Shown here one piece after another: positions 27,001 through 39,000 of a stretch of 64,000 bases of DNA. The stretch lies in contig CATNEN010000024.1 in assembly GCA_950097015.1 (NCBI GenBank), positions 2,728,001-2,792,000 on the forward strand, in the 5' to 3' direction. Source of the DNA: Macrostomum hystrix. Taxonomy: Eukaryota > Animalia > Platyhelminthes. A program made the position numbers and the translations under genes. The first letter of the stretch is position 1, and each line of letters starts with the position of its first letter. The notes under the pieces are model-generated. The model made no database searches. It was given only the letters and a program-made list of their open reading frames with translations, and was not told where the DNA came from.

Positions 27001-30000
27001 GCGTCCAGAGTAAGTACTGAGTCTAAGGGAACTCTACATAGTTTCCTTGTCGGTTATAGTGTAGTAAACATGTTTACAAAAGTCAATCTTGACTTAGAAA
27101 TTGAGTTAGGACTGGGTGTTCCCATTGCAGTGCGGTACAGATGTAAAAATCTTAATTTGCTGTTTTAAGAATGTCAGTGATGGTATTGAGGTCGGGAAAA
27201 TGAATAATTTAACTTGTTTAGCCTGGTTTTATCCGTCAGCAAAAACACACATCCCACACCCATTGTTTATTGTACCGTTCCTAACTGCCATCTTAGGAAC
27301 TTACATGGTGTACTGATACTATACTGGCAATAGCTTACCTTGACTTCTACAAAAAATACAAGATTAAGTCTATTCAAACTTACATTATTCTTACAAGTAA
27401 CATTTGTAGTTACTAGCCAGTTACCGAGGCACAGATTTGTAGTTACTAGTCAGTTACTGAGGGACAGATTTGTAGTTACTAGTCAGGTAGTCACAGAGGG
27501 ACAGTGTCGAGTTTGTAGTTACTAGTCAGGTAGTCACAGAGGGACAGTGTCGGGTTTGTAGTTACTAGTCAGGTAGTCACAGAGGGACAGTGTCGAGTTT
27601 GTAGTTACTAGTCAGGTAGTCACAGAGGGACAGTGTCGGGTTTGTAGTTACTAGTCAGGTAGTCACAGAGGGACAGTGTCGAGTTTGTAGTTACTAGTCA
27701 GGTAGTCACAGAGGGACAGTGTCGAGTTTGTAGTTACTAGTCAGGTAGTCACAGAGGGACAGTGTCGGGTTTGTGGTTACTAGTCAGGTAGTCACAGAGG
27801 GACAGTGTCGGGTTTGTAGTTACTAGTCAGGTAGTCACAGAGGGACAGTGTCGAGTTTGTAGTTACTAGTCAGGTAGTCACAGAGGGACAGTGTCGAGTT
27901 TGTAGTTACTAGTCAGGTAGTCACAGAGGGACAGTGTCGGGTTTGTGGTTACTAGTCAGGTAGTCACAGAGGGACAGTGTCGGGTTTGTAGTTACTAGTC
28001 AGGTAGTCACAGAGGGACAGTGTCGGGTTTTTAGTTACTAGTCAGGTATAGGAGTCCAGTACTAGTTTTTAATACAAATCATCCCACTCTGCAGTCGCTC
28101 ACGAGTAGCTTCTCCGTGTACCTGCTGACGGATTTTTTCAACACCCAAGTCGCCATCCTGTTTGACGACTGTGACAACAACTGGAGCTCCACGGCATTCA
28201 GCAGCCAACCGGAGCCAATCTACATAGGCTACTCTCACCGCTACAAGAATGACAGCTGCGCTATCAATGATGCGGCCTTGTCTCTAAGTTCTGCGGATAT
28301 TCGGAGGCTAAATCGAGTCCTACCCGGCGGCTTCCTGCTGTTCAACTTGTCGGCCAATCCGGCCGCTGTATTCAACAATCCGTACGCGAAATTTCGCGAC
28401 TGGCTAGCCATCAGGGGCGCCAACGTCACCGACCTGGCCACGGTGACATTCAGCTCCGGTGACTGCCCGGAGAGGCAGAAACTGGCAGCCCAGTTGAGCA
28501 GCTGGAAGCGGCTGAATCCGACGTTGCACACGGCTGGCTTCTGGTGCTACCACAGGCGCTCCGCCGGCCCCGTGTGCTGCTACCAACAGCCAGGCAGTCC
28601 CACCTACGGCGCCTTGGTCACAGACATTGGCAGCGTGTTGTACACAACTAGCGACTCGCGCGACGGTACCCCGGTCAACATCTACACAATGACAGACCCG
28701 GACAGTCCAAGCCAGCAGAGCTTGTCGGATGCCGAGGCCTACAAATACGCCTGTCAGCAGACCAGTGAGCTGTGCTCACAGTTCTTGACCTATCGGCCGG
28801 CCTGCACGAAATCCTCCGGCCAGTCTGTTGGCAGCAGCGCCGGCTACGGCGATCCGCACCTGGTGTCCTGGGACGGCCTGCCGTTTACCTTCAACGGTGT
28901 CGGCCAGTACGTCATTGCCAAGGTGAGAGTTTTTTAGTTCAGATTCTGTAATGAAATCAGAACATAAAATATATTGATTGTCTTGCTTAAGGACAAAAAT
29001 ATTCTCCATTTGGCTGAGATTCGAACTACTGACCTCTGAGTCGAAATCTCCACATGGCTGTCAGCTCCGATTGAGCTGAGATGTATTCTTACTGAATTAA
29101 TATTATTATTGTTATTATTATAATATTATTGTTATTAGCTCAGGGCAGTGAAATTTTAAAAGTTAAATAGGAAGGGCCTACCTAGTATAACAAATATAAT
29201 AACTTAAATTACAAGAAATATAAATTATAACAGTAAAACAAAAAAGAATTACTAACAGTAAAACAAATATGAATTACTAACAGTAAAACAAATATGAATT
29301 ACTAACAGTAAAACAAAAAATGAATTACTAACAATAAAACAAAAATTAATTACTGTTTCTAATTCGCCACTCCGAAGCATCCGGACTTCTACATTCTGGC
29401 TCGCTTCGAGCCGGTTGGCGCGGCCACCGCCATCACCTCTGTCGTGGCCCGTGTCACCAGATCCGGCTTCGTGTCTGATCTTCTAGAGCTTCGCCGAAGC
29501 GCCGACCGGTCCATCCTGCAGCTGTTTGTGAACCGGGTGCAACAGGCCTGGACTAGCAGTACGGCGGACGCTGACAAACGATTCGCGGGCGGCACTGTGG
29601 CTTTCCAGTCGGAGACAAATTTCACTTCCGTTGCCTTCACAACCGGCCTGGAGGTGAAGGCAAAGCTGTCCTTCGGCGGCCTCTTGGTCACGCAGATTCT
29701 GCTGCCCACCGCCTACAAGGGCGCGGGCAGTTTGGAGGGCCTGCTCGGCAATTACAATGGCAACAAAACTGACGACCTGAGAAATTCCACCGGCCACCAG
29801 TTGGCTTGGAACTCCAGCGAGGAGGCCGTGTTCCACCTCATGCAGGCCTGGATGATCGACTGTCGATCCGGGCCCTACAATGCCTCATTCGCCTATCTGG
29901 CTAATGAAACCTGCGAGTTGTTCAACAATGTCACCGCCGTGCCAATCTTCTTTAGCGAGAGCGGCCTATTCGCTGGCAATGAGGCGTTGCGCAATCGGTC

Positions 30001-33000
30001 ACTTGAAATCTGCGGCTCAAACACCGCCTGCCTGTTTGACATTGCCATCACCGGCGACACACGGGTGGGCCAGGCTACCAGCTCGGCCACGGCTGAGGCT
30101 GCCGCGGTCCGAGTAGAGACAGGTGAGTATAGGAAATGCGACTGACTGTTACCTCAGGCATTCAATCATTATAGTATTGGGGATGTACAGAGATACAATC
30201 CCCTTGGTACTCGTAGCTTTGCTATGATTTACGACAGACAGTGACACAGAGACAGAGACAGGGAGACACAGACACAGAGACAGGGAGACACAGACAGAAA
30301 CAGACAGGGAGACACAGACAGAGACAGAGACACAGACAGAGACAGAGAGACACAGACAGAGACAGAGAGATACAGACAGAGACAGAGAGACAGACAGAGA
30401 CAGGGAGACACAGACAGAGATGACAGAGACAGAGACACAGACAGAGACAGGGAGACACAGAGACAGAGAGACAGACATAGTCACAGGCAGAGACAGAGAC
30501 AGAGACAGAGACACAGACAGAGACAGGGAGACACAGACAGAGACAGGGAGACAGACAGAGACACGGAGACACAGACAGAGACACAGACAGAGACACAGAC
30601 AGAGACAGAGATACAGACAGAGACAGAGAGACACAGACAGAGACAGGGAGACAGACAGAGACAGGGAGACACAGACAGAGACAGAGACACAGACAGAGAC
30701 AGAGACACAGACAGAGACAGGGAGACACAGACAGAGACAGGGAGACAGACAGAGACACGGAGACACAGACAGAGACACAGACAGAGACACAGACAGAGAC
30801 AGAGATACAGACAGAGACAGAGAGACACAGACAGAGACAGAGATACAGACAGAGACAGGGAGACACAGACAGAGACAGAGATACAGACAGAGACAGGGAG
30901 ACACAGACAGAGACACAGACAGAGACACAGACAGAGACAGAGATACAGACAGAGACAGAGAGACACAGACAGAGACAGAGATACAGACAGAGACAGGGAG
31001 ACACAGACAGAGACAGAGACACAGACAGAGACAGAGACACAGACAGAGACAGAGACACAGACAGAGACAGAGATACAGACAGAGACAGGGAGACACAGAC
31101 AGAGATACAGACAGAGACACGGAGACACAGACAGAGACACAGACAGAGACAGGGAGACAGACAGAGACAGGGAGACACAGACAGAGACAGAGACACAGAC
31201 AGAGACAGAGATACAGACAGAGACAGAGATACAGACAGAGACAGAGAGACACAGACAGAGACAGAGATACAGACAGAGACAGGGAGACACAGACAGAGAC
31301 AGAGACACAGACAGAGACAGAGACACAGACAGAGACAGAGATACAGACAGAGACAGAGAGACACAGACAGAGACAGAGATACAGACAGAGACAGGGAGAC
31401 ACAGACAGAGACAGAGACACAGACAGAGACAGAGACACAGACAGAGACACAGACAGAGACAGAGACACAGACAGAGACAGGGAGACAGACAGAGACAGGG
31501 AGACACAGACAGAGACAGAGAGACAGACAGAGACAGAGACAGAGATACAGAAAAAGAAGTCGCCAATACACTCATAGAGTAAGGAGTGGGAAGTGCACTA
31601 AATTCAGCGGCAGGCAAAACAAAAAGCGCAGGAGAAATCCCTCATAACCTCGCCGCTACTCTCAAACTGGTGCAGAGAATTTCGCGCCGTCATTCGGCAT
31701 CAACGGCAGCCTGCTGGTTCGAATCACAGTCGGTGTCAACAGTTCCACCAGCATCTCAGTCAGCGACAGGAACAACGATTCGTTTAGCGTGCAGCTTAGC
31801 TCGGCTCCCAGCTGGCTGACTGTCGCCGGAAACGACACTGCGGTGCTGAGCTGGACACCTCCAGCCACTCTGGACATCGGCTCGGCGACAAGCTTCATCA
31901 ATGCCAGCCTATCGGCTACCGATACCAAGGGGGCGCGCTCTGTGCTGCCTCTGCGACTGTACTTTTGCCAGTGCAAGGTGCGCCATTTTATTTTGTCTTT
32001 TGCGTGTTTGTGTTTCTCGAGTGTCTTCCATTCCAGTTTTGTGTCTTGAGTGTCTGCTTGTTTGTGTCTGTCTTGAGTGTCTTCCATTCCAGTTTTGTGT
32101 CTTGAGTGTCTGCTAGTGTGTGTCTGTCTTGAGTGTCTGCTAGTGTGTGTCTGTCTTGAGTGTCTGCTAGTGTGTGTCTGTCTTGAGTGTCTGTCTTGAG
32201 TGTCTGCTAGTGTGTGTCTGTCTTGAGTGTCTGCTAGTGTGTGTCTGTCTTGAGTGTCTGCTAGTGTGTGTCTGTCTTGAGTGTCTGCTAGTGTGTGTCT
32301 GTCTTGAGTGTCTGCTAGTGTGTTTCTGTCTTGAGTGTCTGCTAGTGTGTGTCTGTCTTGAGTGTCTGCTAGTGTGTGTCTGTCTTGAGTGTCTGCTAGT
32401 GTGTGTCTGTCTTGAGTGTCTGTCTTGGGTGTCTGCTAGTGTGTGTCTGTCTTGAGTGTCTGCTAGTGTGTGTCTGTCTTGGGTGTCTGCTAGTGTGTGT
32501 CTGTCTTGAGTGTCTGCTAGTGTGTGTCTGTCTTGAGTGTCTGCTAGTGTGTGTCTGTCTTGAGTGTCTGCTAGTGTGTGTCTGTCTTGAGTGTCTGTCT
32601 TGGGTGTCTGCTAGTGTGTGTCTGTCTTGAGTGTCTGCTAGTGTGTGTCTGTCTTGAGTGTCTGCTAGTGTGTGTCTGTCTTGGGTGTCTGCTAGTGTGT
32701 GTCTGTCTTGAGTGTCTGCTAGTGTGTGTCTGTCTTGAGTGTCTGCTAGTGTGTGTCTGTCTTGGGTGTCTGCTAGTGTGTGTCTGTCTTGAGTGTCTGC
32801 TAGTGTGTGTCTGTCTTGAGTGTCTGCTAGTGTGTGTCTGTCTTGAGTGTCTGCTAGTGTGTGTCTGTCTTGAGTGTCTGCTAGTGTGTGTCTGTCTTGA
32901 GTGTCTGCTAGTGTGTGTCTGTCTTGAGTGTCTGCTAGTGTGTGTCTGTCTTGAGTGTCTGTCTTGAGTGTCTGTCTTGAGTGTCTGTTTGAGTGTCTTC

Positions 33001-36000
33001 TCGTGAGTGTCTGTTTGAGTGTCTTCTCATGAGTGTCTGTTTGAGTGTCTGTTTGAATGTCTGTTTGAGTGTCTGTTTGAGTGCCAAGCGGGGTCAGAAG
33101 AGGAAGACAATGAGAAGACAAGCCTTCCTCAACAGGATAATTGCATTTGCAGAACAGCATTATCGCTAGCAGTTTGTTGTCATTAACAACTGGCCTAGGT
33201 GTTAAAGGGGCCAAGCGCGGGAACACAGAATGAGGCTCTGCAGTGAGTGACATTCCTTCTCTACAATATTACATTCCAGTTTTTTTTGGCATGGCAACCC
33301 AGTGGAACCCCCGTGCCAAGCCTCAAAATGGAAAGTTGCAAACGACACAATAGCCTTTATTTTAAGCTCCGAGGCGCGTTCGCTGCAGTTAAAAAATGTA
33401 ATTTTTGGTGACAGAAAAACAAGAAAAAAACTCAAGCCTAAAATGCTTCTCTCGGCCAGACTGCCAGTTTCCTTGGCAACCGCGGCCGACGCGTGATCGA
33501 CCGGCCGAATCAGTCACAATTCCCCTCTCCGCTGTTTCAGCAGCCCCTTCTCTCTCTCACTCTCTTTGTCTCATAGTACACGGGTAGTTCCACTAAGCCC
33601 GAGAGAGAGAAAGTCCCCCCCTCGGAGTCAGGCCCATTGTTTCCAACATCCGCCCTCCCGGCGGCCACTACTCACTAACAGCTAGCCTTTGTAGTGTGGA
33701 CTCAGTCTCTAGGGCATCAGTGGAGAGGTAATTAAAAGCGGTTTAAAAAATGTTGCACTATCACGCTCTCTAGTCTATCTAATCTCTGCCTGCGATCATT
33801 TCAATCTAGTTCAGCCACTAAAAATCTGCGTTAATTATTGATGCTGTTACATTCGCCACGCAGTTTCAGTTGCCATAGTAACCGGCCATCTATCGGAGAT
33901 TTGATCTGAAAATTTCATTCTGTCACCCATATTTGATCTAGCATAAATTATAGATAAAACTAAACTATTGCCATTTTATCAGACTTACCCATTTATCTGC
34001 CTGCAACTGCGGTGTTTTGTTTATTGGTTGCCAATGACAACCGGTGTGTAACCGATCAGCACTCGAGACATCAAAGTCTCAAAATTTAAACTGGTCCCCA
34101 CTTGTCTGAAATAATTGAGATTTCCGCATCACTAATTAATCATTTTCCGCTTCCACTAGCATTTTGTCGCTCAAAAAAATTCTGCAGGACTTCTAAAATA
34201 TTTATAGTCCCTCTTTAAAATTGCCAAAAAACTGCCCCAGTGCTCAATTTTACCTTTAAAGCCTGCACTTTTATGGCCCTGTCAATCACATCGCTAAGTA
34301 TGCAAATGTTTTGAGCACTTTCTAAACAATGGACTTTGTTCTACATGCTGACTGCCTTGCTTTTAAGTCACAGAGTTCTGTGATTTGGGAATGTTCTCAA
34401 ATATTATAGCCGTTAATCTGAGGCATAGAATTCACCGTTTTAGTCTTGGGATTTCGAATTTAAATCGAATGTTTCACATTTTATTCCAAGAATTTTATGG
34501 TTCTTCATCTTAAATCTCGACTAGATATTTTGGATATTAATCAAAAAGTTTGGCACTAAAGTTAATAAAGGTCAATTGATTAACCGGTTGATGGGGGTGA
34601 GTAGCACTGCGGCCAACGCGTTTGCCTCTCGCACCAAGGTCCCTGAGTTCGATTCCACGGCGAGGCCAAATTTATTTGGAACGCAGCCGCGGAGAGAAGG
34701 CTTGGGGGCTTGTCGTGCAATTCACGCCCTTGAGGGGCCAGCCTCCAAGGTACAGTGAAGTGTACACTGCCTGAAGATGAGAAATTAGATGTACACACGT
34801 GTGTGAGCGTGTGCCTACGCACGGTATCTGTGTGCCTGTGTGCTCAGGAGTCAGCAAACTGGGCAGAATTGCCTCCTCGCTGGCTGCGGGTCTAGTGTCA
34901 CCAAATGATGTGCCATTGCCTCCTGCAATTTAAAAAAAATAACTCACGACTAGCAGACAACGAATAAAACTGTAATTTCCAGAACGGCGCCACCTGCTCG
35001 TGGAACTCGGTAACTGACCGGACCTCCTTCATAGTCGATGTGCCGTGCAATTGCACCTCCGGCTGGTCCGGCAGCCGATGCGACATCGACTTTGACGCCT
35101 GCAGCGTGAAGCCCTGCTTTGGCACCTGCACTGATTTGCCACCTGGTGCCTCAGCTGAGTTCAACTGCTCAGCCTGCCCAACCGGTTATGCCGGCAACGG
35201 AATCAACTGCACAGGTCTGGTCTGCTCTTGTACTCGTAGCTTTGCTTTAAAAGAACTATGCTGCCTACTGAAAGTAGAATGCGAGGTGTGAACCTACATG
35301 GTCTGATTTTTTAATTGATTTGCTACGTAATAAAAATTTATCGCACAAGTTCTAGAAACAACCCGTAGGTTAGCAGACTTGAAAAAAGTTCATAAATTAA
35401 AAATATATAATGCGGTACCATCTGCGATCAAAAAAACTATCATAAAATTCAAATGTGGGTAAAGGTAGCATCTACAATCTGTCAATAATCATCCAATTAG
35501 AAATCTGTAGTTTACAATCCACAATCTACCATCCACAACCTACCATCCACAATCTACCATCCACAATGTACCATCCACAACCTACCATCCACAATCTACC
35601 ATCCACAATGTACCATCCACAATGTACCATCCACAACCTACCATCCACAATCTACCATCCACAATGTACCATCCACAATCTACCATCCACAACCTACCAT
35701 CCACAATCTACCATCCACAATCTACCATCCACAATGTACCATCCACAATGTACCATCCACAACCTACCATCCACAATCTACCATCCACAATCTACCATCC
35801 ACAATGTACCATCCACAATGTACCATCCACAATCTACCATCCACAATCTACCATCCACAATCCGCCATTCACAATCTACCATCAACAATCTACCATCCAC
35901 AATCTACCATTTACACTCCCCAATCTACCATTTCAAATCCACAATCTACCATCCACAATCCGCCATTCACAATCTACCATTTACACTCCACAATCTACCA

Positions 36001-39000
36001 TTTCAAATCCACAATCTACCATCAACAATCTACAACAGACGTGGACGAGTGCGTCACCCAGCAGCCGTGCAACCAGACGTGCACGAACACACCTGGCAGC
36101 TACCTGTGCCGCTGCCTGCTCGGCTACTCGCCGCTCGGCCGATTCTGCCTGGACATCGACGAGTGCTCCAACGGCGCCGCGGCCTGCCTGGCCAACTCGC
36201 AGTGCCAGAACCTGCCAGGCAGCTACCGGTGCGCCTGCCTGACTGGCTACGAGAGAATGTCAAGCGACGGCTCCTGCCAGGACATCAACGAGTGCGCGGT
36301 CAATGCCAGCATCTGCTCCGGGCGGGCCAACTCCAGCTGCGTGAACTCCGCTGGCAGCTATTCGTGCGACTGCAGGGCCGGCTTTCTGCTGCAGAATGGA
36401 GTTTGCACAGGTGAGATTTCTGAATACTCGTCACTCCACAGGGGTGAGATTTCTGAATACTCGTCACTCCACAGGGGTGATATTTCTGAATACTCGTCAC
36501 TCCACAGGGGTGAGATTTCTGAATACTCGTCACTCTATTGGGGTGAGATTTCTGAATACTCGTCACTCCACAGGGGTGAGATTTCTGAATACTCGTCACT
36601 CTATTGGGGTGAGATTTCTGAATACTCTTCACTCCACCGGGGTGAGATTTCTGAATACTCGTCACTCCACAGGGGTGAGATTTCTGAATACTCGTCACTC
36701 TATTGGGGTGAGATTTCTGAATACTCGTCACTCCACAGGGGTGAGATTTCTGAATACTCGTCACTCCACAGGGGTGATATTTCTGAATACTCGTCACTCT
36801 ATTGGGGTGAGATTTCTGAATACTCGTCACTCCACAGGGGTGAGATTTCTGAATACTCGTCACTCCACAGGGGTGAGATTTCTGAATACTCGTCACTTTA
36901 TTGGGGTGAGATTTTCGCAAGCACTGTTACCTCTCCCTCAAAAAACGCCGAACCGATTCCAGACATCAACGACTGCCTGCCGTCCAACAACTGCTCACAG
37001 ATCTGCGTCAACAACATCGGCGCGCCGTACACCTGCACCTGCGGCCCCGGCTTCAATCTGTCAGCAGCCGACGCCAAGACCTGCCTGCCTGCGCTGAACT
37101 GCACGCCAGCCCAGCTGGCCGACTGTCAAGGCGGTCAATGCTCTCTGAACAACACCGGCAACTCGTCCTTGGCCGTGTGCCGCTGCAGTCCCGGCTATCA
37201 GCTGGTCGCCTCAACCGGCTCCGGCAAGGTGTGCTCCAATATCAACGAGTGTGCTTCCACCGAGCTCAACCTTTGCGGTCCGGCTGGCGTGGCCACCTGC
37301 TTGGATACACCCGGCGGCTACAACTGCACCTGCCCCAGTGAGCGGACCGCTTTTCATGTTGCTGCTGAGCTGCTGAGATTCCAGCTTTCGAACTCTGTTA
37401 GAAATTAGAAGCTCTAACCACTGGGTTACAAACTGGTTACAAACTCACCAGCCTTGACTGTTGCCAGGGCGTTCTCATTGGCTGAGAATGAGGCGTTCTT
37501 ACTGGGTGGTTACGATTGCACAGCTGTCGATCGATTGATTGATTGATTGATTAACAATAATAATAATAGCAATAATAGCCCGACGATGAGAAAGTCAGTG
37601 CAGATGTACACATATGTGTGAGCGTGTGCCTACGTACGTTATCCGTGTGCGTGTGTGCTTAGGAGTCAGTGAAATGTGCAGAATTGTCTCCTCGCTGGCT
37701 GCGGGTCTAGTGTTGCCAAATAATGTGCCATACCCGAAGTCCTCTTGCAATTTTAATTTTTTTAATGGCAGCTTGCACGAAATATGCAACGCAAACAATG
37801 TCAAAGTTAAACGGAACTTTACGGGGACCACGCATTAGTTCGGATATTGTCACGACACAACATTGACAAATGCTCTGAGTGCGCTACATATCAGCATCTA
37901 AAACTGCTCAATTACTTCCATCTCCAGGCGGTTACCAGTTGGACTCCAGTCGTCTCACCTGCGTAGACATCAACGAATGCGACCAGAGCGGTAGCAACAC
38001 CTGCGATCGCACCAACGGCATCTGCCGGAACAGCATCGGTAGTTACACCTGCGACTGCAAGTCCGGCTACACGATAGGGCCTGGCAACGTGTGCTCGGAC
38101 ACAGACGAGTGCGCTCTGGGCTCGCACACCTGCAACAAACTGCTCGGCCTCTGCACCAACCTCATCGGTAGCTACACCTGCGCATGCCGGCCCGGCTACG
38201 AGGGCGACGGTCGCAACTGCGTGGACAAGAACGAGTGCAGCTCGCCAGATCTGAACCTGTGCGACAAGAACCTGGGCAGCTGCAGCAACACTGTGGGCTC
38301 CTATCAGTGCCTGTGCAACTCTGGCTACCAGTTGGATACCGATCAGCGAACCTGCATCGATAGGAACGAGTGCAGCGAGGGCCACCTCAAGACTGGCTGC
38401 TACGACGATACGCGCTGCAATAACACAGCCGGCGCCTATGTCTGCTACTGTCCAGCTGGCCTGCGACTCAAAACCGACAAGCGCTCCTGCGAGAGCGAAA
38501 CTCCCGTCAGCTGCCCGACGGATGGCAGCCTGGGCAACTGCACCAACTGCGCCTTTGTCAATGGCAGCCTGGCCTGCCTCTGTCCCACTGGCTACGCCTG
38601 GAACAGCGCCCACCGAGCCTGTCTGGACATTGACGAGTGCGCCCTGAACGGCGCCAACCTGTGCCCGGCCGCTTCGCTAGTCACCTGCGTCAATAAAGCT
38701 GGCGGCTACACGTGCGAGTGCCTGAACTCCACCTACCAAGTGGCCAGCCAACCGGCCCTCTGCATCGACAGGAACGAGTGCGCAGCCACCCCCACCCTGT
38801 GCGCCTCTCCGATTGGCTACGCGGGCGCTGCGTCTGTGTGCTTCGATTATAACTTCGCCACCACTGGCCGGCCCTACCAATGCCAATGCCGGGTGGACGG
38901 CTACGAGCGGACACCGACGGAGAATAACACCTGCGCTGACATTGACGAGTGCTCGATTGGCACCGCCAACTGCAATGCCAGCTCCGGTGCCATGTGCCGC

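Noticed and set aside
30149-33253. Cys/Leu/Ser-rich and RQ/TD-rich ORFs
   Set aside because: Microsatellite and 27-mer translations inside introns bounded by clear GT-AG sites.
33085-33300. Possible nested exon or gene remnant ([18 protein letters not shown]..)
   Set aside because: Stops appear within 20-30 codons, there is no recognisable motif, and the mucin exons 12 and 13 join correctly without it.
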